Notes: generated by a model not told the origin, from the sequence alone. A stretch of 63,504 bases of DNA, filler included, from Lenisia limosa (GCA_001655205.1; 10 parts of 10 records of this genome joined end to end with filler, not necessarily neighbours in it); one strand, 5' to 3'; numbered from the whole stretch's first letter, positions 41,920-54,527 are shown. Translations and numbers: made by a program.

Positions 41920-42819
41920 CTACACTTTCAAAAAGACATTATTGTTTGAAGAAAGGTACGTTGTTTTGCCACTTTGAGATAATGATTTTGCGATAAATTT
42001 TGCTGCTTCAATACGCCTCAGTAACAACAGAGTACTACCAAATTGAAGAGCATTATTAATAAGTTTAGCTGCACAGGCTTCTCCTAATAAATCAAACAAA
42101 GAATGAACCTTCTGATCTGATCACAATTGCTTCAGTTTCACGTTTATCTTTTTCAACAATGAATTTAGCCCTTTCCGCTTCCTGTTCAGCAACCTGCTTT
42201 GATTCAATTGCATTTGTAAACTCTGCACCAAAAGTCAGATGTGTCTTAAAATAAGGAAATAAAAAAAAACAATAGATACATCATCAACCACAATATGAAA
42301 CTGCCTCAGTCGTTCAACAAGGGTTGAATTAATAGATTCAGAAACCTCTTCACGCTTAGTAATCAATTCAGCAGCCTCATATTGCGCAACTACTTGTTTC
42401 AGTACTTCATTTCCAACTGAAGGCAAAACTCTGTCTTCAAAATCTAAACCATACACCGAGAACAAATCAGACAAAAAGTGAATATCAGGTTTATACAAAA
42501 TCCTTAGTGTCAAATTAACGTTCTGTAAATCTTTTGTCCCAGTTGACGTAGGAAGATTTCTAGGTCTTGTTTTTATATCAATGACAATTGGCTTCTGCAA
42601 CCAAGGCAAAAAAAAATGTGTTCCTTCAGCAAAATTATTAAAAAGAGCAACATATAGCAATTTTGTTTAATCCAGTTGTTCGATTAAACATAATGCACCT
42701 TTCACCAGGGTTTACAAAAATAATATTTTACAATAAAAACCTGTGAAAAAGGAAGAGTGCACAATCGAAGCAGAAAGTCCTGAAAAAAGGGCCAATTTGC
42801 CCAAAAACTGAAGAGACAT
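41920..42819 (-). CDS. PHB1: Prohibitin 1 (4 introns, two GT-TG)
   Basis: [49 protein letters not shown]...[15 protein letters not shown]...[25 protein letters not shown]...DDVSI|[32 protein letters not shown]. Confidence 0.97.
42630..42651 (-). other. 22-nt GT-TG intron (PHB1)
   Basis: gttgctctttttaataattttg contains an in-frame TAA. Removal gives [15 protein letters not shown], the same length as human RFRGVQDIVVGEGTH. Confidence 0.9.
42715..42740 (-). other. 26-nt GT-TG intron (PHB1)
   Basis: gtttttattgtaaaatattatttttg. Removal gives SFFT|[12 protein letters not shown] (human LYNVDAGHRAVIFDR, recalled). The next AG gives a stop-containing frame. Confidence 0.9.
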
Positions 42820-43429
42820 TGCAACCTAAAACCAACTCAAAATGACTGGCTGGTATAGTATCCCTTATTATGTCAAGCTGAGGCCAAAGCTGCCAGATCT
42901 ATTTCTGGTAGTTTCAGCCAGGGGGGGTGACCCCCTTTGTATAGGTACCACATGATATCATATAAAAGAGGTTTATTGACTTTTAAACATAAATATATCG
43001 TGACGGCTTCGACCTGATATTTCATTTTCCATTTCTACGTAACATGCTATGTAATACTTGTACGTATGGAAACTATATCATACTTATGACCTGTGAAAAA
43101 ACGAAATCTGATGTATCCTATCAGATGTCGAGGGACAACATCATAATATATGTGAGAGGATACAAAATTTATACAATATCAGATAGATTTTAATAATATC
43201 ATCTTCTTTGTTAGATGCTGAGGGGGATATCGACTCAATTCCCAATATTCGAGGTTGAGGTTCGTAACTTGTTGAATCAAAAGTAAACGCAACTAAAAAA
43301 TATCAAAGAAAACAGCTAGTAACTTATCAATTCCTCAATTTGTAATAGCGGGCTTGTAATCGGAGAACAAATGTGAGAATCTTGTGATCACACAAGGGCA
43401 CCTACATATATAATGTTGACAGTAGAACA

Positions 43430-44716
43430 GCCTAATTGAACATGAAACCGAGGGAGGGGGTGTAAAGAAGAGAGAAACATTGAAGCGAAGGCAAAAAAAC
43501 AATGAACAGCCATTTGTGACTTGAGTGCATGAGTCTGGGCGTGAAAAACTTCGTTGAAACTTGGTTTTTTGCCCTCTTCTTTTTGGCTTGAGGGGTAGAT
43601 GCCAGTGGGATGTGGTGGTAAATCTTACGGAGGGATGTCACGAAATGCCAGTCAAGGTTGGGGTTCACTCGAAAATAGTATATCCGTAAAAAAGTGTGAA
43701 TGTTTGCAAGGAAAACTCGCTTGGTACAAGAACCACATTTCGAATGCACTAGTGAGTACAGGTTTTCACACTTGTCAGTGGTATGAGCTCGTGGCTCGTG
43801 TGGTTGTCCCTTTGGGTTAAGCCCCTTTCTTGAACTATTAATCAGTTTTGGGATGACTGACAATGACCGTGCGGCGGCAATTAGGTCGAAGGACAGATTT
43901 CGAATCGAATAGTCATTATTCTAAAAAAACGTTAGATTTTAAATGAGAAAGTTTGTATAAGAAAAGACAGCAGCAGGTTACAGTCAGGTAACCTGCAAAC
44001 ACAGGGATTGTGGCCTCGGATCCCTCTAAACGCTGGCCGTGGGACAGGCCGCGCTTGTCGTGGCATCTTAAAAGGTCACTTACAGATTGGGCCCACTGCC
44101 CCTCTCTGTTGTGGCCAAGGGAAAAATTTGGCAATCAAAACACCACTGAAGAATTCTTCTGCCTTTGGTACAGACTGGCGGTCACTACTCCAGTTGTTGG
44201 GTGTCAGTGAAGTTTTACGAGTCGTGGCTACTTCAAAGAATGCCTTGTAGAAGGGTCCATCTTCCTTCATAACTGCAAAACGACACCGCTTAAAAACATG
44301 CATTATATATTGTGTGTTCAAATATATTACCCTGACTCCACAAGAAAGGGTGTTGGAATATGGGGCAACAGGAATAAGCTGGACTGCTCCCCAACTGTCA
44401 ATCAGAGGACGCCCCCGTCATGCAGGCGGATATGAGAGGCATGACAAACTCCTCCAATCCTCTCCACTCCTGGCCAAAAGAAGATAATGAAATCTTAAAA
44501 AAGTAAAAAAATAAAGAGGTTTACAGAAAGAATTGCTTGTTATAAAAAAAAAACCAAAAAGAGCAGAACCCACGCCCACTGAGCAGCCAGTTTCCTTCCA
44601 TTCTGCATAAAGGACACATTTCACAGTAAAACCGCCCAGAATCTTCCTGAGTTCTAAAATAGATAAAACAACTGAAAATAACAAAAAGGGTGACTGAAGG
44701 GGCTGCGGTAGACATC
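43430..44716 (-). CDS. Hypothetical spliced gene
   Basis: Joinable exons WGAVQLIPVAPYSNTLSCGVR|RCRFAVMKEDGPFYKAFFEVATTRK...EEFFS|...EGQWAQSVSDLLRCHDKRG. No family recognised. Confidence 0.5.
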
Positions 44717-45729
44717 GTCTTCCTCAGTGATCAGGAGTTTGTTTTGTTTTGTCATTTTATTCACATCTAGATACCAAGACTATCATTATCGCCACATCGA
44801 GATGCTTCGAGACGATCTGCTTAAACTGGAAGGCTTTGGGGCGTATGCTCGTTCGCGTTGTTTGTGGGTAGACTTTGTTACCAATCAGACATTTTATTGT
44901 TATACTCTTATCGGATTCCAAAGAATAATTGTTCAGCTCACTACTTCAACACCCAAAGCTCAAAACAAACCCTCATTCGCAACCAAGCTCTCATTCATGA
45001 GAATGAAGGGACAATTAACGGTATGCTGTTTCATTCTTTGGATATAACCACATCTTTCCCAGGCTCAATCAAGCTCAACCAGCTGATCAAATCCCTTGCG
45101 GAATCGATATCCGCCCTTGGGTCACTTCCCATCCGGTTGGGGGGTAGGTATTCATATTACATTGGGGGCGGTGTCTAATAGAGTAGAATTGGTGATGTGG
45201 GCTCCATGTTAACTGAGAAGTCCTGCCACAGAAGGCACAGTCGCAGCGTCTACAGCCAATGCCAACAGTGCGGTGACGTATGCTGTCGGGTACATCCGTT
45301 CCCTCTTGGCTGGTAGCGTTCCTCCGCTTGACGATCCGAGCTTCGATGCTGACGCGGATGGAGTTTGCATGGGAATAATCTTCTCTTTTGCGTTTGCTGT
45401 AGCAAATGATACTTCTGCTAGTAATGTTAATGTTTGTGTTCTTCCATTTCAAGAAGCATTGTGTAGAGTTCAATTCCATGTTTAATGCCACAAAAGGTCT
45501 GGCGGGGGTGGAGTAACATTTGAAGAAACGAAAGAATAACATTTGAGTCGATGGGGAAGAGGGTGAGTAGCGGATGTTCTTTATTATTTTTTTTTATCAT
45601 GTTTTTTTTTTGTTATGAATATCACCCCCATCCCAAGATATGCTGCTTGTGGATTCGTTGCAAGAAGTCATTACGAGTAAACAATACAAGTACAGATACG
45701 TAACTAAAATACAATTACTCCTCGGTTTT

Positions 45730-47450
45730 TGGAAACAACCGCTTTCCCTCAAAAATTGGAATTCACTTCCTTATTAGTGAGCGTTCCGAGGAATTGCGTG
45801 GCGTAACACCCTTCCACTCTTTTTCACCAGACTCATTGATCACTAGTCGGTGATTTCCGTTGGGCTTGGTTGGGGTTAGTGTGTAGTCTACAATGGGGGC
45901 ATTCAGGAGCTTGCGGAATGATTGCCGGAGTGATGGCTTCCGCTGAAATGTTAACAATTAACCATCAATATTCACTACAACACGATAGTGTATACCTTAA
46001 CTTGTTGCTATTCTTGAAAAGGACCCACAACTTTTCTAAATGTTTCCACAAGAAGAGGTTCAGTTGCCGAATGGCTTGAGCCCGATACCGGATTTGTTGC
46101 CAAAACATAACCTATTATCATGATATTGTGGAACGTGTAGCTCAAACCACGATCGGAAGTAACCGTTTGGAGTACCGCCTTCAATGAGACTATCACCATT
46201 ATCGTCCAGAGCTGTTAGTGGTGATACCTAGAAAAATAATGAGTAAATAACAACATACACACGAGCCTACCACATCGAATGTCAAGTCGTGACTTGCCCC
46301 TTTCAATGGTTCAGATTCAACAAGCTTCTCAATTGCTTGAAAAGGAATAACCTTCATAGATTCTTCAAACACCACTAACAAATGATAAGGTAAAAACAGC
46401 CAACCATTCACCAAATCTTCTGTAATAAGACTATCAGTGTCAAACAAAATCTCCTTCTGGAAAACAAAGGACTCCACTGCGACATTGGGGACAATTTCGT
46501 CAACCTACAAGTTTAACCAGATTATATCCCAGGAATTTACCTCACAAGTAAGGTTAAAAAATGCCTCAAGAATACATTATAGAATATCATATCATATGTA
46601 TTATAGTTTATAAGTATGACATATGATACATTTTCAAGAACTTAGATAGAAGTTGGATATTTCGACCTCTTCGACATAAATAAAATGAAATTTCTTTCTT
46701 CAAAAGCGTCAAAAAGCAAAACAAACCAGAGCGTGAAAATAATACCTTGAAGATTCAGCAAGTCTTCGTAGCACTGGACTTGGTAAAGGNNNNNNNNNNN
46801 NNNNNNNNNNNNNNNNNNNNNNNNNNNNNNNNNNNNNNNNNNNNNNNNNNNNNNNNNNNNNNNNNNNNNNNNNNNNNNNNNNNNNNNNNNNNNNNNNNNN
46901 NNNNNNNNNNACCTACAGAAATTCCGACAATAGTTGAATGGTTGCGGCATCTGTACGATGGAAGTCGGACAACGAGAGGTCCATGTGCTGAATACACCAG
47001 ATACTCCGTGTACTTGTGTGGAGAAGGAACAATGTCGAAACAGTGGCCACCACCACAGGTAACAGGCACCATAGTTTCTAACGCATAATTGCAGTAGTAG
47101 CTGCGAAGAACCTTTAATGAGCCGCAGGTTGACTTAACAACCGAATGTGGCGTGTCAGATATGGAAAGGGCAAGGTTCTAAGCACAATCAATATTTAAAA
47201 GCAAGAATAAGCGAAGCAAATGAAACATACAGGAACGGGCAAGGGGATGTCAACATGAACCGGATCATTGTTGGTGTCTTCAGCTTCAACACAATCTGCA
47301 ACAATTTCTTCGTCCTGGTGGTGAGAAAGAAAGGAAACCATACTGAACAATCACGCTGTCTCTTTGCGGTTAACTCTCGTTCTATTCCACGCGATTTGCG
47401 TTTATCATCATGAGATCGGGTTGTGTACGGATTTTGCGTATGCACTTCAC
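45730..47450 (-). CDS. Hypothetical spliced gene(s)
   Basis: Exon-like blocks with short GT-AG introns (DEEIVADCVEAEDTNNDPVHVDIPLPVP; MESFVFQKEILFDTDSLITEDLVN; VSPLTALDDNGDSLIEGG). Function unknown. Confidence 0.4.
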
Positions 47451-49528
47451 TCAATTCAAGGCTATTTAGTAAAGAAAAGGAAGAACTATATATGATATGT
47501 AGCTACTACATATACAATATAAATATACATAGTCAGTATATTATACCAGATAAAATATACAACCTATAAAGTAAGTTTTAATACCTCTTCGGGATCATAT
47601 CAGGCAATGCACAGCTTGCAACATGTCGTGCAAAATTCAGAAGTGGACCGACAAATACAGAGGAACAACCAATCTTGGGGCACGCAGCGAGAACAAACGT
47701 CGGATCANNNNNNNNNNNNNNNNNNNNNNNNNNNNNNNNNNNNNNNNNNNNTTAATTAATTAANNNNNNNNNNNNNNNNNNNNNNNNNNNNNNNNNNNNN
47801 NNNNNNNTTAGGGTGTAGAGAGTTGGGGGATTATACAGTATTATGGGCATGTGTTATTATTTTTTATTATTTAATCTTTTTTTTTGGCTGATTTTTTATT
47901 TTCACTCACCGTCAACACTGTCTTTATTTCCCTCCCTCAGCGCACTTTCCGCAGTAGCAGTTCCAGTCGAAAGTCTGCAGGACGCTCTCAACGACTCTCC
48001 TCACCCGTCACTCATACTTGGTTGTGAAAGTGGGGAGGGGGGGGGGGCTAAAACGAANNNNNNNNNNNNNNNNNNNNNNNNNNNNNNNNNNNNNNNNNNN
48101 NNNNNNNNNNNNNNNNNNNNNNNNNNNNNNNNNNNNNNNNNNNNNNNNNNNNNNNNNNNNNNNNNNNNNNNNNTACTACTTATAATGTCCAAACAAAAAA
48201 AAGGGAATTTGCGGAGGGGGTGGCGAGAGGGGGTAATGGTGAGAGAGCTGTATGGGTTTTCTTTACATTTTAATGTCAAGATATTGTCTTTGGAAATCAA
48301 ATAAAAAATCGGTCAAGGCTTATCCCGGTCACTGTATACTGAAGGTACCACCTATAACACATCGTATAAAAACTACAGGAATTTGAAACAGGAATCATTT
48401 ATAATTTGTCGAGAGAGAGGGGGTAAAACGAAGGAAATTGTACCTGTCATCGTGTAGCTATAACTGTAAAGTTTCCACAACGCATTGACCACATAAATTC
48501 CCCCTAATCTACCCTTTAAACAGGTCTCCGCGGTGCAGTCACATCCGTCCTCTTCCTAAGACCCTCCGACGGCTTCCTCCTTCATAGATCGCATTTGGGC
48601 CCCTGTTTGAGTAATGCTGATCCTTGGGGCAAAGCTCTAGTGCCGCTTAACGTGAGATTCGCATGAGGTGTCTAATATTACTAGGGGTTCCACTACGGTC
48701 CCAAAGAAGTCTGAATTTCTCGATAAATCCTCGATAAATATCGATATTTTCAATGCACTAGCTCCCCCCCCCATACTATCAGATGTTGTTCTCCTGGAAG
48801 ACAAATTTGACTCAGGGAAAAATAATAATAGCTTATTTTGTCATTATGATGCCTTTATTCGGTATTTGTTTTATTTTCGGTGTTTACGAATTTAGCACAC
48901 CGCCAATCGCATCAAATCCAGAACTCCTGAGTCTCAGGTATGATGATTCTTCTCTCCCGTGGTGTGTACTCTTATGAGCTACCAGTCTCACCCCCATTTG
49001 TCCTGACCCCCCCTTTATATCTACATAAATTATATTNNNNNNNNNNNNNNNNNNNNNNNNNNNNNNNNNNNNNNNNNNNNTTAATTAATTAANNNNNNNN
49101 NNNNNNNNNNNNNNNNNNNNNNNNNNNNNNNNNNNNACTGAAGAGCATACTAAGGTTGGGAGAGGGGGAAAGGAGGGGTTTACACGAAGGAGGTGTATAA
49201 ACATTGCATTTAAGGGAGACGGGAGTCTGTAATGAGGCCTGTACTTAAATATGGCCTATCAAGTAGTAAGCCATCAAACAAAAATTGAACACTTATCAGT
49301 AGTGACACACAGAAACAGACCATTCCTCACCTTCCATTGAATCATTTCTCACCCTAAACATCCTCTCATAATCATCTCTCTCACCCAAATAATGTTTCTT
49401 ACATGAAACACCCAGCTCATCAAATTCCTCACCCCTCAACATCTCATCATGATATCTCACTTGTCAGCCAACAGAGTTTATTTTGGGCTTTTTTGCGTCG
49501 TAAATTTTCTAATTTTACCTTCCGTCAG

Positions 49529-51362
49529 GTGACGGGAGCATGCAATAAGAAAGTCAAAGATCTCAAGCTTTTTTCGTCAAAGATCCACACCGAATGGGAC
49601 CCTACAACTGCCGACCTCCCTCCAATCCTCTTCAAAACCGGTTNNNNNNNNNNNNNNNNNNNNNNNNNNNNNNNNNNNNNNNNNNNNNNNNNNNNNNNNN
49701 NNNNNNNNNNNNNNNNNNNNNNNNNNNNNNNNNNNNNNNNNNNNNNNNNNNATATATAGTATAATATCATATATTATTTTACAACGGGTCCTATTTTTTC
49801 AAGGCAGGGTCTGCGTTTCTGGGGAGGGGTTCGTTGACGAATCATACACAATGGGACTTTTCAAATTTTATCTTCTTTTTTGTTTTCGCTCATTTTTTAC
49901 TCAGTGTTTGCTCATTTTTTGCTCCTTTTCGTTTTTGCTTACCCCCCCCCCCCNNNNNNNNNNNNNNNNNNNNNNNNNNNNNNNNNNNNNNNNNNNNNNN
50001 NNNNNNNNNNNNNNNNNNNNNNNNNNNNNNNNNNNNNNNNNNNNNNNNNNNNNNNNNNNNNNNNNNNNNNNNNNNNNNNNNNNNNNNNNNNNNNNNNNNN
50101 NNNNNNNNNNNNNNNNNNNNNNNNNNNNNNNNNNNNNNNNNNNNNNNNNNNNNNNNNNNNNNNNNNNNNNNNNNNNNNNNNNNNNNNNNNNNNNNNNNNN
50201 NNNNNNNNNNNNNNNNNNNNNNNNNNNNNNNNNNNNNNNNNNNNNNNNNNNNNNNNAGTGACTGGTAAGTCTTGACCGATTTTCCTTGGGAAATTGGTAA
50301 AGACTTACCCCGGTCACTGTATATATATGTGGCATTTCATATTTGTTGGGAGAAATATAGTAGATACATTGAAATATAATTACATATATGCGATTGTCTA
50401 CATTTTCACGATTTTTAGAGAGGCAAAGGAGGCTCTTGGCAAGTTTGAGAGCAAGCGTGGCGGTTTCGTAAACGTCTTGGAGAACCTCCAGCGAGCTCGA
50501 CNNNNNNNNNNNNNNNNNNNNNNNNNNNNNNNNNNNNNNNNNNNNNNNNNNNNNNNNNNNNNNNNNNNNNNNNNNNNNNNNNNNNNNNNNNNNNNNNNNN
50601 NNNNNNNNNNNNNNNNNNNNNNNNNNNNNNNNNNNNNNNNNNNNNNNNNNNNNNNNNNNNNNNNNNNNNNNNNNNNNNNNNNNNNNNNNNNNNNNNNNNN
50701 NNNNNNNNNNNNNNNNNNNNNNNNNNNNNNNNNNCATAGTATATCTTTTTTTTATTTTGTGTTGGTGTTTTTTATCTTTCTTACATTGTAGATGGCCATT
50801 ATTCCGTCTGTTGTTGACTGCGAAATTCCTGACTGTCCCAAATACCGCATTCTTCCTGAATGTGGTGATGACTGCACTAAACTCTCTTTGCTGCACGATG
50901 TGGTGAGTGAATGTTGTGGAAAATCTGAAAGTCCCTCTAAGTTGGAACCCTATTCCACTAATCAAATTTGACCATTTTAGCTCAAAATAGGAACCCTTTA
51001 GCCGAAAATCTAAAATGACCAGTTTAGCTTCAACAAGTTCCCTCAAATGACAAAATCTTGATCTTCTCAAACTACACTGCCGTTATGGATAAGGTCGAGT
51101 CAGTGTGCAAAAAGTCTATGGGACGAGCGACTGGGGTGGGCGGGGCAATCATATAGCAAATCGGTCAAGACTTATCTCCGTGTATTGTCAGCCAACAGCA
51201 TTGAGTTTTGGCTTTCTTTTTTGTTTCATAATTTCCCAATTTTACTTCTACCCCTCCCAGGTTGTCCGACTAAACGGTGTGATGACTTCAAAGCAACGCG
51301 AAGAGTCCATAACTGAGTTCCAGAAGAACCGCAGAACACGCGTTATGATGCTCAATATGAAA
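49529..51362 (+). CDS. SNF2-family helicase, C-terminal region (Rad5/Rad16-like, partial)
   Basis: VVRLNGVMTSKQREESITEFQKNRRTRVMMLNMK matches the HelicC segment (RLDG.M....R...I..FQ). An upstream Cys-rich exon (CEIPDCPKYRILPECG) may be RING-like. Confidence 0.7.
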
Positions 51363-51955
51363 GTTTGGATTGTATTGCACACAAATATTCTGACCTCCTT
51401 CTATGTGATACTGTGGTAAGGTGACACGTAATTGAGTGTGAAGAGGACAGCTATGCTGACTTNNNNNNNNNNCAACACCAACAGAGTAGTTCGAGAAAGC
51501 AGACCCCCGCCCCCACCATTCCGGTTCGTGTCAGGACGGGAGCCTTCGGGGTGGTGAAGTTAACTGCGGAATGAAAGGCATGTATTATTCTTCTTGTTAT
51601 TGCACACAAATATTCTAACTTCCTTCAATGTGATACTGTGGTAAGGTGACACGTAATTGAGTGTGAAGAGGACAGCTATGCTGACTTTTCTGGTCAGATC
51701 TCTCTGAGATCCAGACCAATAGTCACTCTGGAATAAGGCTGTATTTCTTTATTGAAACAAGAATCCATTCAAAATCTAGGGTAACAATTAGGGCTTCAAT
51801 TCGGTTCGAAAAAGACCGGTAAAATATCGATAGTTACCGAGGATTTATCGAGAATTTGAGTTCAATGGGATCAGCTGGTTTACACCACCCCATGTGTAAT
51901 TCATAAGTCTTTCTGTTCCCTTTGAAAAGACAATGTGTTATTCAAAAGCTCAAAC

Positions 51956-52056
51956 TAAGGCTTCACTTCGGTTCAAAAAAAAGACTCAAATTCTCGATAA
52001 ATCCTCGGTAACTATCGATATTTTACCGGTCTTTTTCGAACCGAAGTGAAGCCCTA
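51956..52056. mobile_element. MITE family C (~100 bp, TIR TAGGGCTTCACTTCGGTTCGAAAAAGAC). Other full or partial copies at ~1296, 4006, 4185, 7350, 19613, 48690, 51790, 52590, 53555, 53725, 54557, 58657, 61838, 63127
   Basis: Near-palindromic element with ~25-bp terminal inverted repeats and TA at the ends. Diverged copies in several contigs, mostly within introns. Confidence 0.9.
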
Positions 52057-54037
52057 GTACCAATGCTGTGAGCCTAGCCTGTTTCCGCTGATTTTGGCTT
52101 CAGCAAGGCTTGAGTGTAATATAAACAATACTCAACATCAGACCACCCAATACCACTCCTAAATAAACTATGTTGGCTGACAACACACGAGGGTTGATAA
52201 CAACAAAACAGGGAGGTTAACATTCCGCTCCTTCCATAGCCATTTCTTCCCGCCTCCCAATCATTAAACAATACCTCATCATCATGGCTAAAAACACATG
52301 AGGGTTAAACAACAAAACAAAAAACCCAGGCCAGCTGCTACCATCATCACAGACAAATAGACCCAGGGTAAAGAGGGTATGGGTTAGAGGTGAGAAGGTG
52401 AGGAGAACGGTCAGGACTAGGGGTCAAGATGAGTACGTGGAGCAAAAGCAACACTTTTTCTATTATGTGTGACATTAATCATCTATATACGAATATGCCC
52501 CCCACTTGTACGTCTAGGTGAAGGGTCTGTTTTGCGTGCCTCTGGCACCTCGGGTCGAAAGGGGGGAGTTCTGAGGGGTTATTGATAGAGCTTCACTTTC
52601 GGTTCCAAAAAAGACTAAATTCTCGATAAATATCGATATTTTAGAGATGTTTCGGAATCAAAAGTAAAGCTTTAGTTATTGAAATGAGGGCGAAGTTCCA
52701 CTGGGAATATGGGTTGAAGATCGATGTCTGCTTGGTAGATTCTGTGCAACCAATTTTCTCAAAAAAAAATCCCCCTTGGACTACCGGATATCACATATAT
52801 ACAGGACCATATATCGGACATTTACCACAAGCAACTATCACCCTTCCTTGTTTGTTGAATTAGAAACTTTGCCCCCCCAACTTTTGGTATTTGGTAACGA
52901 AAGGAGACTCCGGGAGAGAACTTTTACCCAACTTGCCCGAATTGCCAAGCACGTCTCCCAAGATGTTGGCTGAGGAAAATCCTTGCGTATGTAAGGCGGA
53001 GGAGGGGAGGGGAGAGGGGGGGAGTAAAACGAAATGAAGAATATTGGCGTAAAGGTACTAACCACGAACCGAATAATCTGAAACTCCAAACAAACAAAAA
53101 ACAAAAAACAAGCAACAACAAACATGAGCAACCAACGCTAAAACTTGACAAAAGCCAGATGACAAAAACAAAAAACAAGAACAAGCCCGAGCCAGCCTTT
53201 GAAGAGTCCCACCACCGCTCGATCACAGGAGGGGGGAGAAAAAGTGGAAATTTATTAAACAAAAAGCCTAAAATCAACTCTGTCGGCTGACAACACACAA
53301 GGTTTGATAACAACAAAACAACAAACAAAGCCCAGGCCAATCGCTTCTGCAGCACCGCATCCCATCACTCCAGCATGGGGAGGGGGGGGGGGNNNNNNNN
53401 NNNNNNNNNNNNNNNNNNNNNNNNNNNNNNNNNNNNTTAATTAATTAANNNNNNNNNNNNNNNNNNNNNNNNNNNNNNNNNNNNNNNNNNNNGGTGGCGG
53501 GAATGAGGAGATAGAAGAAGGTGGGGATTGTGAGCCATCAGACAAGATTTGTTGAGCTTCACTTTTAGTTCCAAAAAGACTGAATTCTCGATAAATCTTC
53601 AATGAATATCGATATTTTATCGGTCTTTGGAGCCGAAAATGAAGCCCAAGTTTTTTGTTTCATATATTTTCCAGTTTTACAGAGTTGCGTGTGGGCCTTC
53701 GGCTCAAACTGCTTCACATCTACATAGGGCTTCACTTCGGGTCAAAAATAAGACTGAATTTCTCGATAAATATTCGATACATTTCGATATTTTATCAGTT
53801 AAGCCGTACATCTACACCATGAGAATGGAAGAGTTTTGTAAAAACAAAAAACAAATCTCTTCCGTTTGTTCCCTGTTCTCATTGTAATATTATTCAAAAA
53901 ATTTAAACACACTTCTTTAGCATTTTTGGATTGAGAGTATCCAAATGTAGAAAACTACTATCTTAAGGTGATTGTGAGCCACCAGGCAAGATTGTGGGGG
54001 TTTTGTAGAGTTTCACTCAAACTGCCTGACATATCAG

Positions 54038-54527
54038 GTTATTCCCTTCGGAGGAATTGAGCCCAACCCAGAGTACGACACTCTCATGAAGGCTGTTGAC
54101 ATTGCCAAGGTCTGGGGCGGGCCTCCTGTTTTCTATGATGATGATGATGATGACCGAGAGTTGAAGATATTGATTGTGAGAATGATGGTGAAAATGATGG
54201 CTTGATGAATTAATGATGGTGGCGATGGGATGATGAGATGATGATGATTGATGATGAGGTGATGATGGTTGAAAATGATGATTAGTGATATTGGTGATGT
54301 GATGGTGTTAGCCGTCAGAAAGAAATAATTTTGTTTTTTCTCTAATCATCACAGAAAGAAGGCTTTTACTTTGTCCATTACCCTAATCATCACAGAAAGA
54401 AGATGTTGACTTTGTCCATTACCCTAATCGTCGCAGAAAGAAGATGTTGACTTTGTTTTGGCTGTCGGAGGGGGTTCCGTTATTGACGGCTCTAAGTTCA
54501 TCACTGCCGCCGCTAGACTGCCGGAAG
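54038..54527 (+). CDS. Iron-containing alcohol dehydrogenase, YqhD/BdhA type (partial)
   Basis: FGGIEPNPEYDTLMKAVDIAK|KEDVDFVLAVGGGSVIDGSKFITAAA closely matches E. coli YqhD FGGIEPNPAYETLM...LAVGGGSVLDGTKFIAAAA (recalled). Interrupted by a GT-AG intron. Confidence 0.93.
54335..54450 (+). repeat. Triplicated 3' splice junction (~42-bp unit) in the ADH gene
   Basis: ctaatcatcacag|aaagaagatgttgactttgtccattacc is repeated three times. Only the last copy continues into the VLAVGGGS exon. Confidence 0.85.

Noticed and set aside
49901-51070. Long ORFs in the ORF track (e.g. 389 aa)
   Set aside because: They are open only because they run through N gaps. Most listed ORFs are shadows of spliced genes or repeats.
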